Below are positions 46,625-59,212 of a DNA stretch of 64,000 bases, piece after piece. Location of the stretch: assembly GCF_009914755.1 (NCBI RefSeq), contig NC_060934.1. One strand, 5' to 3'. How positions within the stretch are numbered: the first letter of the stretch is position 1; each line of letters starts with the position of its first letter. The notes under the pieces were generated by a model that was given only the letters and a program-made list of their open reading frames with translations, did not search any database and was not told the origin of the DNA. Origin of the DNA: the human T2T-CHM13v2.0 reference genome, Homo sapiens. Both the position numbers and the translations under genes were made by a program.

Positions 46625-46780
46625 ATTATTTTTAGAAACAGTCTCACTTTGTTGCCCAGGCTGGTGTGCAGTGGTGCAATCACAGTCCACTACAGCCTGG
46701 AACTCCTGAGTTCAAGCGATCCTCCCACCTCAGCCTCCTGAGTACCTGGGACTACTGGCATGCACCACCATGCCCAGCTA
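46625..46780 (-). mobile_element. Alu right monomer (FRAM/AluJ)
   Basis: Monomeric Alu motifs. Confidence 0.8.
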
Positions 46781-46985
46781 AATGCTAGCTTTTTAATGTG
46801 CTAAATAAGGTTTTACGTTTATAAAATTTAGAAATATGTGAAGGGACACATTAAGATCAAATCTAGAGGACTCTCTTGAACTGGGAACCATAGCCACCAG
46901 TTGTCTATGAAAAAAAATGTATCAAACAAATTCCATTCATAAGTACTATAAGAAGAAAACAGAGGTTGGGAATCAAAACTTTCAT

Positions 46986-47033
46986 TTTATATTTGCCCCT
47001 GGACTAAAATCTTGGGTCAGACTGACCTCATTA
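46986..47033 (+). repeat. 48-bp exact direct repeat, copy 2
   Basis: Identical to 45936-45983. Confidence 0.95.
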
Positions 47034-47291
<258 letters not shown>

Positions 47292-48004
47292 TTATTAAAT
47301 TTTTTAATAAAAATATTTAGAATCATAAAATAAAAAATTACGAACAAAAGATGGACAAAAAGCAGAATGAAATGCAACAAGAGTTGATCAAACTCAGGAA
47401 ACAAACTGAAGAAAAAGACAAGCCTATCTCAACAAAGAAAAAATTATAAGATGTCCAAGGGACGAGAGCTTCAAATGAAGATTTAAGAAATGACACTTGA
47501 AGGAAGGTGTGGAAACAACCAGGAGAGAAAATGGGATTTAATAAAATAAGTACCATAGAATCAAAGACAGTGATGGGAGAAAAAATGACAAAAAAGATCC
47601 AAAACGCATGTAAATTGAGTGCTTGCAGAAGAAAAACAAATAAGGGAACAGAACAACCCTTTAAGACTATGATCTAAGAAAACTTATTGGATATAAGAGA
47701 AAACTTAAATCTACGTATTGAAAGGGCTTCTGTCTACTTGAGAAAATTGATTTGGAATTATCAACTCAGAGATATATTCTGGTAAAATGATTAGACTTTA
47801 AAAACAAAAAGTCTGCAGAGCCACCAGACTAAAGTATCAAATTACATAGAAGGGCAAGAAAGTCACATTGGTATCAGACTTCTCAAGAGCTTCATACAGA
47901 ACAACACAATCTAGTGGAGCAACACTTTTCAAACTCAAATTAAGGATTTTATAGCCAGCCAAGATTTCTTCCAACTACTAGGATATGAAAAAACAGTTTT
48001 TTAA

Positions 48005-48316
<312 letters not shown>

Positions 48317-49048
48317 TAGTTTTGAATATAAAGGAACTCAGGGAATAATGTAAACACGATTTTTCCTCAGAATCTACTACAGGTACACTTCATCAAAGGA
48401 AAGAGACAATGGTGGAAGTCCACCAAAGGACTGACGGAACACACTAATATATTTACTTGTAGAGCTAGGACTAAAACAAGGGTGAGGAAGAACAGTATGT
48501 AAATGCTATATATTCTGACAAAGTGGAGTGCAAGAAAACAAAGAAAAAGAAAATGGGAGGAGAAGAGAGAAAGAAAAAGTGTCACTTTAATCTTGAATTG
48601 TCCAAGCTGTCCCTGGTGTTCCTACATGATTGAAGTTGGGCTCTCCAAACATTTACTTCCAGGTATTTTTTGTTTGTTTGTTTGTTTGCCATCTTGACTC
48701 AAATTTTTAATCCTGCACATTGATCCAAAATAGCCTGTCACTGTTCACTCCTCAGTGGAGCTCATGCAGCACCAAGCCTTCCATAGACCTCCCCTGGAGC
48801 TTTCTCGTCTCCCACTGTTTGGAGGGCAGTGGAGGCTGTGGGTCCTTGAGGAGATGAAAGGACAAGTAGAAATGAGATGGAGGAACTTGAAAGAGAGGAG
48901 GGGATAGCAGTTTCTCTTGAGTAAGTAAAGGAAAAAGATCCTTGTATCTACACTTGTTGCAATTATTTAATTAGCATATCATAAGGACGACAACTGTGTC
49001 TATTACAGGCTGAGGGCAAAACGTGTGATTTAAAAATGATCAGACCTT

Positions 49049-49371
49049 GGCCGGGCGCGGTGGCTCACGTCTGTAATCCCAGCACTTTGGGAGGCCAAGG
49101 CCGCCAGGCAGATCAACTGAGGTCAGGAGTTCGAGAGCAGCCTGGCCAACATGGTAAAACCCCGTCTCTACTAAAAATACAAAAATTAGCCGGGCTTGGG
49201 GGCACACACATGTAATCCCAGCTGCTTGGGAGGCTGAGGCATGAGAATCACTTGAACTTGGGAGGCAGGCAGAGGTTGCAGTGAGCTGAGATCGAGCCAC
49301 TGCACTCCAGTGAAACTGCATCATCTCAAAACAAATAAATAAAATAAAATAAAATAAAAATAATAAATAAT
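49049..49371 (+). mobile_element. AluS inserted at the BLNK exon 15 donor
   Basis: 17-bp TSD aaaaatgatcagacctt (49032-49048 / 49372-49388). Confidence 0.93.
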
Positions 49372-49385
49372 AAAAATGATCAGAC

Positions 49386-49469
49386 CTTGTTTGATCTGTG
49401 CAATGCCTCTTCAGCAGACTTTCGATCACAGGCTCCAGCATACCATGGCTTGCAGAGAACGCCAGCTTC
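49386..49469 (-). CDS. BLNK: BLNK exon 15 (84 nt), start of SH2: EAGVLCKPWYAGACDRKSAEEALHRSNK
   Basis: cacAG acceptor and weak AAG|GTctga donor; SH2 WY motif and alphaA helix. Confidence 0.95.
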
Positions 49470-50292
49470 CTGTGAAATGGAGGGCACTGGTCAGCATGGG
49501 ATGGTCCCTACTTAACTCTAATTTCTGTGTACTAGAAACAAAGACCCATTTGCATTATCAAGACAGGCCTCTACATTTACACCAATAATTTTAAGATGAG
49601 TTTTATTTTTCCTTTGATCAAACACAAGGATTATACCGTTAACTTGTTTTTTGTATTTTTTTTTCATTTGGCCTTAGCTAGGTTCCTGAATTATTTCTTT
49701 CTTTCTCCTAAATAAGTAATAATCCCCCTTTCCATTGTGCTCTTATTGCTCTTACTTTGTGGAGTGCTTTACAATTTCCAAAGCATTTTTACAAATATTA
49801 TTTTATTTGATTCTTGCAAGAAAGGATATATGCCTTCTTTGAAGGCAAGAAGGACACATGCTATTATCCGTATTTTACATTTTTACATATATTTGTATGG
49901 AAACTTAGAAAGACTTGCCCAAGGGCACACAGAGTCCTTTCTCTGTCCCTTTATAAACTGTGCTGTCTTATATGTGATTTAATATCATCAGCCTCTACAG
50001 ATCTATTTGGAGGAAATTACAAAGTTTAAATAAAATCTATGTGAGAGGAAGAATAATGAAAACACATTTCCTTGCTAGTTTTGAGGAAACATTAACTGGA
50101 GCAATGTCTTAGTCATTGAAAAAAAACAACAACTGGGTATTCTGTCCCTATTACCAAATGACAGTTCACATAATGATGTAAAATACAGTCTCTGTTCTCA
50201 AGGTTCACTCCAAATGTCTTCTTCTCAGAAGACATGCTCTTTCCTGCAGTTTCCTGGTAACAATTTAGTGACATCAAGAGTTCATTTCATAC

Positions 50293-50369
50293 CTGTTCTG
50301 AAATAGTGGAATTAGATGAAAAGCTGGGTAGGGGCCCATCCACAGTTGGGTTTCCCCCTTCTGTAAATC
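50293..50369 (-). CDS. BLNK: BLNK exon 14 (77 nt): FTEGGNPTVDGPLPSFSSNSTISEQ
   Basis: tttcAG / GTatga boundaries; translation matches. Confidence 0.95.
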
Positions 50370-50489
50370 CTGAAAGGGATCAGAAAAGTCCTTCAATTAA
50401 TCTTCATATTTCTTGAACTCTTTCTATGCCTATCCCCTAACACTGTACTAGGTGCTGCCAGGGACACATCCACCAAAAAAAATCCTTAA

Positions 50490-50975
50490 GGCAATGGTTC
50501 CAAAAGTGTGGTCCAAGGACCCCTGGAAATCTCGAAAATCCTTTCAGGTGGTTCAAGAGGTCTTTTCTTTTTGAATTACCTATCACTATGAAACCCAATT
50601 TTCTTCATGTAGTTCCACCAGAAAAACATTGCAACAGATGAAATGTAGAAACAGAGATGAGAATCCAGCAGTCTCTGTTATGTTGCAGTAACATACATTA
50701 AAGAGATTTACAAAATGTAAACTAATGCCACTCTTTTCCCTAAATTGTTTTTGTTTGGAAAATATAGTTATTTTTCATAAAAATATTATTTATGTTAACA
50801 TGTAATGAGTTTAATATTATTTTTAAATGGATTAATAAATGTTTTAAATGTCTCAGTTTTAATTCTTAAAATACTAGGTATCAATAGAAACATGTAAACC
50901 AAAGCTCTTTGGGTCTACAATTATTTTAAGAGTGTTAAAGTGGTTCTGAGACCAAAATGTCTGAGAATTGCTGAC
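50490..50975. mobile_element. hAT-Charlie-like DNA transposon relic
   Basis: caatggttcc..aaagtgtggtcc start and tgagaattgctg end. Confidence 0.5.
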
Positions 50976-51044
50976 TTCAGGCATCAACTCCCTCAAAGAG
51001 TTTACAGTCTAAATGTGGAAACGTGAAATACGAAAAAGACTTAT

Positions 51045-51850
51045 CTACATTCATTCATTCATTCATTCATTCATTCTTGTTTCTCTGCCATGGATCAAAG
51101 GCATTGGGGATATACAGCAGTTAACAAAACAGCAAAATGCCCTGCTCTCCTGGAACTTAAATTTTAATGGATTGAGATGGGCAATAAAGACATAAGTAAA
51201 AAATATATATATAATGTTAGAGGGTCATAAATGCTATGAAGAAAAATAAATCAGGAAAGGAAGAATATTTGGGTGAGATCTGCAGGTGGAGAGGGAGGAG
51301 GCACTGGACATCCCAGGAAAGAATGTCCCGGGTAGAGGGAGCTGTGAAGGCAAGGCCTGCCATATCTAAGGAATAGCAAGGGTGCCACTGTGCCTGGAGT
51401 ACAGTAAGAAAAGGGGAGAAGAGTAAGAGATACAGTCAGACAGGAGGCAATGAAGGGACCAGATTTATAGGACTTGGTGGACCCTTAACATGACTCAAGA
51501 GCTGTAATGAACATGATAAGGGAAGCTTTTGGAGGGTTTTGAACAGGGGGGTAACATGATCTGCCTATGTTTTAACAGGGTCATTCCAGCTGCTGGGCTG
51601 GAAACAGAGGGTGGCAACAGCAGAGTGGGGGAGGCCAGTTCGGTGTTCTTGCAGGAGATGACAGTGACTTGGACAGATCACAGCAGTGGAAGCAGTGAGA
51701 GTGGTTGGATTCTGGATCTATTTTGAAGGAATAGCTGGAAGGTGTGTGAAGAAAGCAAGTGAGAAGTCAAGGGTGACTCTAAGGTTTTTGACAACAGCAA
51801 CCAGAGTTGTCCTTTATTAAGATGGGGAAATCTGCAGGAGAAAGAATTCT
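51045..51850 (-). mobile_element. L2 fragment
   Basis: (CATT)n tail followed by an L2-type purine-rich body. Confidence 0.65.
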
Positions 51851-52224
51851 GGATAAACTAAGTGCTTCAGATAATAGTGCCCTGGATGTTTAGAGAAGGC
51901 AGCCACCATTGTAAGAGGAGGGGGCAGTGAGGGCTTGGCAGGCCCAACAAAGATGGGCCAAAAGGAAGGATGTATTCTAATAGGAGGGGAACAGCACTCC
52001 CAGGTGAGAGCAGCAAAGGTGAGTGAGTGAACAGACTTTCCCTAGGTGCACAGTGCAGGGCAGTTTGTGGTTTCTGCAGTTCTGGCAGTTGGAAGAGTAC
52101 CCATGGCTAATATTTTCTGACACCCGAATGTGCTAGGCCTATTCTGTTTTCAACATGCGTGCATCTCGTCCTTTCACCAGCTCTTTGTGGAATGAGCTAT
52201 TATGCCCATTTTATAGAACAGGCC

Positions 52225-52497
52225 TTCTCAGACCACCCTGTCTACAGCAGCAGCCCTCCCTGCCTCCGTTACTCTCTGCCACCCACCCCTGCTGCTGCGC
52301 TGTATTTTTCTTTATAGCACTTCAGCATTTACCTGATATGATATTATTTGTGCGTTTATTTTTACTCTCTGTCTCCTTCAGTAGAATATAAGTTTCATGA
52401 GGACAGGGTCTTTATTTGTTTCGTTCATCCTTGTATCTCCTGTGCCTAGAACAATGCCTGGCACACGGCATATGGTCACTAACAACTGAATGAATGA
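52225..52497 (+). mobile_element. L2 3' end
   Basis: gtgcctagaacaatgcctggcaca...tgaatgaatga. Confidence 0.65.
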
Positions 52498-53360
52498 CTT
52501 GGTTTGAAAAACGGTAAAAGGTATAATAAACCTTTTTAAATAATGAAAAATAAATTTCTGTAGCCAAATCATTTTCACTTTGTGTTGTCAGAATTTTTTT
52601 TAAAAACTAGTAAAAGTTTCATTTATTTAAGATGAATATTATTAAAAATTTAAAAAGCCAATTTATGTTTAGTAAAAAAAATGCATAAAAATTTTGCATG
52701 TGGACAATTACTGTTTATTTAAATGGACTTAAGCTTTATTATTTTGGAATATATCCCAAATTATCTATGTAAAGCAGAGTTTTTTTCTTCCTTTTTTTCC
52801 CACATTGAGTTGCAGGCAAATTAAGGTTTGGGCAGTTACGTTCTGTGAGCCTGACTTATCCGATTCATATATTTTTAGGGTGATGTTTGCCTTGGAAAAA
52901 TTATCCAGATATTTGCCGTATCTTCTTTTTAAGGTACCTTTTGTAGACATATTTTGTGATCTTTAAAATGTATTTTGACTTAATTTAAATCGGTATTATT
53001 TGTTTAGAACCAAACACTATAGCTGGTGCTTCCCATATGTTGTTTTACTTGATCTTATTATTTTGAAAACAGCTGTATTGTTTTTGTAAAAAAAAAAAAG
53101 TTAAAAAAGGATGCATGATCAGTAAAATATTAAATCGCTACTAAAAAAAGTAAAAATTGCCTCAAATATATTTACTTTTCAAAACAACTCTGTGAAATAA
53201 ACATTCTTGGCCCCATTTTACAGGTAAGGAAACAAGTGGGAGAAGATGCCAGGATAACGCAGCTGGAAGCGACAGTGCTGTGTTAGAACCCAGGCCTATC
53301 AGACTCTAGGATCCAGCCTCGACCACTCCCTGATACACTACATGGCTTCGTTGTACTTAC

Positions 53361-53392
53361 TTGGCAGAGGTATGGGTTTTTGGTGGATTTGT
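53361..53392 (-). CDS. BLNK: BLNK exon 13 (32 nt): QIHQKPIPLP(R)
   Basis: gcAG / GTaagt boundaries; frame continuous. Confidence 0.93.
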
Positions 53393-53835
53393 CTGCAAGA
53401 AAGAATTTCAGATAATTAAAGGACAAAGCACAATATGAGTAAGTTTGACTTTTTGTTTACACTGATGATGCTGTGAACAGGCACATCACAAATAAATCAA
53501 TACAAATGGCCAATAAAATGTATCTAAAGATAAAAGAGCCACCAAAACCTTAAAGATAAGTAAGACTCTTCCTTTTAGTTTTGAAAAAGGAGGAAATCTT
53601 GACTAAAGTATTGTATTTTAGTCAAGTTCAATAATTAACCCAATTAGTAGGTCTCTGCAACTCTACACAGTTATTTTAAAGTTGCTCAACACCTTTTAAC
53701 ATGTAACTGCAAAACAATGAAATGTTGGATTTTTACCTAGCACTGCAAGTCAGTGTCACTGTGCAGTGAAACAATGCACATGTTAATTCCTGCAGCAACA
53801 AGAGGAAACTGATCTTTAAAGGAAAGGATTCTTAC

Positions 53836-53920
53836 TTCTGGGCAGGAGGAAACACTGGTGACTGCACAGCTTCTTGTCTGTGACTTGACCCTCGGTGGCG
53901 TTCAGCAGGTATAGGTTTTT
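53836..53920 (-). CDS. BLNK: BLNK exon 12 (85 nt): (E)KPIPAERHRGSSHRQEAVQSPVFPPAQK
   Basis: ccAG / GTaag boundaries; translation matches. Confidence 0.95.
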
Positions 53921-55740
53921 CTGGATCAGGAAAATTATCATATTAGGATTAGAGTGAAATGTCTGTCCTCATCCCAAAACCCAGCAACATCAGCTGAGAA
54001 GAACCAAATTTGATCAGAAGTCTTCCCGGGAACATGTCTTAGTTACTGAGATGTCATGGATCTGTGCACTTGCCAGTCTGTTGATGTGGTTGTGCTATGA
54101 GGACCAGGACTCCCTCCCAGCAGTGTTACAGGTACATCCTACCACCTCTGCATTCATCCACTGGCAATGTACATAGAGACTGAACCCACGGGCCCTGAAA
54201 CTTTAAGTGTGTGAGTATAGGTGGAAGCCAGAAGATGAGAACATTTTAGCCACCCTCTAAACAACTCACCCTCTACTTGCCATGTGGCCTCCACACAGGT
54301 GGAGACAACACCCTGGTGGGTCTTGATTAGTCATAAGACGTGGTATAAGCAGTGTGTTACTGATAAGAGGCACACTACTGAGTTCATAAATGATCTCTTT
54401 TTGCAAAATTAATTGGATCAAATTCAAGGTTATCCCTATAATAATGTAAATCTCACTTGCATTTCAGTGTTTTCCTGAGCAGAAGAGGAAAGGGTGGGAA
54501 ATGAGCATAAACCTGAAGTGTAAGAAATTTATGTTGAAGCCCATAGTGAACTCTACTGCTGAACCATTAATAAATGTGATCACACATTATTTTAATACTT
54601 TACTCTCCCTCAAATTTGTCGTTGGGGGGTGGGGTGTGTTAAAATCTTGGTATGTTCATGTGTGAGTCTGCATGGAAGAAAGGCTGAGAACTACAGAAAC
54701 CCCAAAGAAATAAAAGTAGTAAGAACTCAAAGATTCAAATAAATGGTAAGATAGACGTCAGGGTTTCTTACCATTCAGTGGTGCACTAAAGCTTGGAAAC
54801 CTTGAACCTCTGAAGATTGTATTTTGAATTTGTGGCAAGCTACTTCAAACCTCTATGTTAGATGTTTTGCTCATGACATTAAAACTTGGTAATTTCAGAA
54901 GGAGAAACAATGAACACCTTAGGTCTTGCCAGCCTATAAGCTTTGACTACACCTGCTCTGCCTCCGCCATCCTGATTCCTTCCTAGGCTAGTAGAGGCCA
55001 CTCACTCACTTTGCATTTGGATGGTAATTGCCTATGCTCTTGAAATAAATAACAAAGGAGGGGGCATGCCTGGCAGGCTCCTGTACTGGGAACCCTTTGA
55101 GAATGAGGACACCTAAGCAGCAGTGGACATGCCTTGGGCCCTGCTTCTTTCCTGGATTTTGGAGGCTCTTGTAGCCATGAAGTCTGCACAGGTTGTACTT
55201 ACTTCCTACAGATGCTCAGAGCTCCTGAAGTCACTATCACTCCACAACCTGGACTCAGCAGGTCTGAGAGGCTGCAAGGAATGGAAGTACAGAAAAGACA
55301 AAAGCCTCAAAGGGAAGGCAGAAGAAAGCAATACAGCAGAAAAGGGGTGATGCCTCAGAAATAGCCTAGGGAAGCAAGATATGGGAGACAGGATGAAAAA
55401 ACCTAATGGCGTCATTAAAGCAGAGAGGTGAGTTGTAGTGCATGCTCAGAAAAGATCCACTGTCCATCATCAGAGAAAGGAGAGTGCTTTATGTAGATAT
55501 ACGCACATCAACTCAGGGAAGAGGGAGAATACTCACTACATTTTTAACCCTGGGTATCTTCAAGTATGGAATTAAATGGGTACAGGGCATGAACTTCTAT
55601 ATAATGTTTTAAGTGCTGATATTATAGATGATTCTTCTATTTTTTTCCGGTAATTTCCAAACACAATTTTTTTTAACATGAGCAGTTTCTAAAAATATAT
55701 ATAAGATTTTTGAGTGATGATAAAGGAAGAAATTCTAAAT

Positions 55741-55872
55741 TACTCAGGAGGCTGAGGCAGAAAGACAACTTGAGCCCAGGAATTTGAAGCTGCAGTGAGC
55801 TATAATTATGCACCACTGCACTCCAGTCTGGGCTACAAAGTGAGACCCTAACTCAAAAAAAAAAAAAAAAAA
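55741..55872 (+). mobile_element. Partial Alu (right monomer)
   Basis: Alu 3' part plus A-tail. Confidence 0.8.
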
Positions 55873-56315
55873 GGAAGAAAAGCAATTGAAGATGTACTAA
55901 GAAGACAGACAATTGAACTTTGAAAACATTATCTTGAAAACTTAGCAAAAGAACTTGTTCAAATAAACAGATTTTTAAAGTTTTCATTACTTTAAGTAAG
56001 CTATTAGTTCTAAAACATGTGAATGGCTCTACGTTAGTTTTCACATTTATGTAAGGTCCTAGCACTATTGCCTGGCAAGTCATATCTGTCTGCCAAAAGG
56101 CAGGTTTTTGCATGCATTCTGTAGCCTACTCTAAACATGCTGAGGTTCTGAGCTAGTTTTGCTGTTCATTGCTCATTGCAAAAACTATTTTGTTTAGAAA
56201 ATTGAGTTTCATGTTTACAATTGCCCCAAAAATAATGTAATAAATGTGTACATACAAATCCTTAATAAAATAACTTTTAGAGGACATGCTCATCCTTCAA
56301 AATAATAGATTTTAC

Positions 56316-56358
56316 CTTCACAAACACTTGAAGCATTCTGTTGAGAGGCAACTGGAGT
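56316..56358 (-). CDS. BLNK: BLNK exon 11 (43 nt): TPVASQQNASSVCE
   Basis: AG / GTaaaa boundaries; translation matches. Confidence 0.93.
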
Positions 56359-57176
56359 CTATGTAAAAGAAAAAAAGGCAAGGTTATTCAATATAGCAGA
56401 ATGTGGAAATAAATGTCAGAGCAATATTATTAAAATAAATATTTTGGCAGCACTTTTCTTTGATGCATTGCTATTCTTTCAATCACAACAACAATTACAA
56501 ACCCACAGTCCCTAGCCCAACCTTTGCATTAAGCAACAAACAGCCAGAAGTGTCCTATGAAGGAGCAATGTCACTGTGGTGGAGAAACCTCCCTGCCTTG
56601 TCAACAGGGTTGATGGAAATCATGACCCCCCCAGCAGCTGCCACATAGTAACCCATGTACAGCAGGCATCTGGCATCTGCTTTGGTCTCATGACCCCCCC
56701 CTTCTGTGTGTTTGCTAAATGATTGTAAATGTCAGGCTTCACAGTAGGGACTAGGTCCAGGTGGGCTCCCTTATGTAGTGTTGTGGCCCAGGTTCACCAT
56801 GTTCTGGCCAGAATCTGGGTTTAGTGAGGCCTATGTGTGCCTGATACACAATGGTCTACCATTAGCTGTGGTGGGGAGTGGACACAGACGCTTCCTGTGG
56901 AGAGGGCAGGGAACCTGGCTGCCCCTCTGATCTGCTGCGCACACTCAGTGAAGCTGCTGGGATCAAGTGAGGATGAGCTCCTTCTATGCTCCAGGGAGGA
57001 GCATCCTCCCTGGCTACCTGAGGATTTGAAGCTTCTCTTGGACTGCTTGGGCAGCAACTTCAGTTGCTAAGATTGCTGTGTTCACCATAGCTGGAAGCAT
57101 TTTCAACTTTAAATAAATGGATAAGAATAAACACTGCAGGAAATATGAAGCACTTTTAAATGCAAAATTAACTTAC

Positions 57177-57204
57177 TGTCTTCAGTGGTGTCGTTGGTTT
57201 TTTC
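57177..57204 (-). CDS. BLNK: BLNK exon 10 (28 nt): (G)KKPTTPLKT
   Basis: ttccccAG / GTaagt; frame continuous with flanking exons. Confidence 0.93.
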
Positions 57205-57828
57205 CTGGGGAATAAAAAGAGATGAGCTTTGTTAAAACACAACGAAGACAAAATGGAGCTATTTACCATTATTTTAGTCTCAAATTTAAGCTAGAATTAT
57301 GAAAGCGATACAAGTGTGTAGAAGACTATCCTTGCAGGGTGGAGAGGGATGGAAGTGGGATTTAGTTATGATCCTCCTAGGCTCAGATGGAGTCTGCTGA
57401 CAGATGGGGAAGGGGTCAACTGGGGATAAAGTAGGGCACCAGTCCGGCAGAACTGGACTCTTGCACCAGTTGCACTAATTACTTGGCGGGTGACCTTGGG
57501 CCTCTTTGTCTTGAGTGTGAGGTTAGATTCCTCACCTGTCAATTGAGGACCAGGATCAGTATTTTCAGTGTTTCTGTGGAGCCCCCTCTTCCCCAACAGC
57601 TCCCTGTGGGGGTTACTGTCCAGGACAGAGGGTAGAGGTAAGAGGGTGGTCCAGCAGGTGAGGTTGCAGCTGCACTTGCCCACTCCAGCTTCCTCCCTGT
57701 CTCTAGGGACTATTCTCCACTGTCTTCTGTGCAGGCTTTCTTTCAGAGAGATCCGAAACCAAAACAAGTTTGAAAACCACTGATGTGTGGTCCTGAAGGT
57801 ACTTGCCTGCACTAACATTCTAGTTTGC

Positions 57829-57901
57829 AAAATGATTCAGGTGCTGGAGCTTCTGAAAGTCGGGGTGTCTTGTGGAACACTGTAAGTCAATGAACTCAAG
57901 A
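57829..57901 (+). repeat. 73-bp direct repeat, copy 1
   Basis: 70/73 identical to 58569-58641. Confidence 0.93.
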
Positions 57902-58568
57902 TTCCAATAGAGACTGGAGTCTAATATTGGTAAGGTTGTATGCTCCTTTTCTGTGTGTTAAATTTCTTAATTTAAAAACCCTCACCATATCTCTCTCTCG
58001 CTTTGTTTTCGGCTGAGAGCTGAAGTGTGGGGGAAGAACACTAAGAATTCCTGAGCACCTGTAAGATGCCTGGCACTGGGTTAGGCTCCTCAGGTGCTAT
58101 TTAAACCTTACAGTGACATTTTAAGGTGAGGAAACTGAGGCTCAGAGAGACGAAGTAGTTTGCCCAAAGTGATACAGCTGAACTAAGAGAGACGTATGCA
58201 GAGTTTTGGTTAATAAACCTTCAACATGGAGGCTTTCTTTGGTTTACACAGAGACAGAAATAAGATTAGAGCCATTCAGGCCAGCTTTAGACATATTTAA
58301 ATTTGCTTTCCAAATAACCTGTTGAGCCAACATAATTTTACGGGGTGACGTTTGTAATATTAACACATTACAATCCTCACCTGACTGTTTACAAAGCCCT
58401 TCTAAATTCAATAAGAAAGAATGACTGTCACTTTCGAGAGGAACTTCAGTCGTATGGCTTTGAGGGAGTGCCCTGGTATGACCAGCACATAGTATATATC
58501 TACACACTTATTTACAGACCATAAAACTGAGCAGCAGTAAGTAAAGACAAAACCTGCTAGAGGCTCTG

Positions 58569-58641
58569 AAAATGATTCAGGTGCTGGAGCTTCTGAAAGT
58601 CAGGGTGTCTTGTGGAACACTGTAAGTTAGTGAACTCAAGA
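58569..58641 (+). repeat. 73-bp direct repeat, copy 2
   Basis: 70/73 identical to 57829-57901. Confidence 0.93.
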
Positions 58642-58677
58642 CTTAACTAAAACTTCACAGGAGGAAATACTTCTAGA

Positions 58678-58997
58678 TTTATTTATTTATTTATTTATTT
58701 ATTCATTTATTTATTTATTTGAGATGGAGTCTTGCTCTGTTGCCCAGGCTGGAGTGCAGTGCTGTGATCTCAGCTCACTGCAACCTGCAGAGGTTCAAGT
58801 GATCCTCCTGCCTCAGCCTCCCAAGTAGCTGGGATTACAGGTGTGTGCCACCACGCCTGGCTAATTTTTGTATTTTTAGTAGAGACGGGGTTTCGCCATG
58901 TTGGCCAGGCTGGTCTTGAACTCCTGGCTTCAAGTGAGCTGCCCGCCTTGGCCTCCCAAAGTGCTGGGATGACAGGCCTGAGCCACCATGCCTGGCT
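58678..58997 (-). mobile_element. AluS with (TTTA)n tail
   Basis: Alu consensus motifs. Confidence 0.9.
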
Positions 58998-59142
58998 CAT
59001 TTGATGTTAGCAGGGCTCCTTACTCTTGGTCCAAGTTGCAGCCTGCCATGGGGAGAACTTCTAATGAAGTCAACAGGGCAGTGGGGTATCACCATCCTCA
59101 CTCCCCAGATCTCAAAAGCTGCTTCCTGCAACAGGTACTTAC

Positions 59143-59212
59143 CCGGCCCGTGGCAACGGGGATGGTGCAGCTGGTGGAGGTGACTTGGTTTCCCAGGCCC
59201 CACTGTTTCGAC
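59143..59212 (-). CDS. BLNK: BLNK coding exon (exon 9, 70 nt): GRNSGAWETKSPPPAAPSPLPRAG
   Basis: Translation matches BLNK; ttgtgcAG acceptor and GTaagt donor. Confidence 0.95.

Noticed and set aside
55062-56291. p53 response element (GGGCATGCCT 55062, GGACATGCCT about 55125, GGACATGCTC 56282)
   Set aside because: Only isolated half-sites; no correctly spaced full site.
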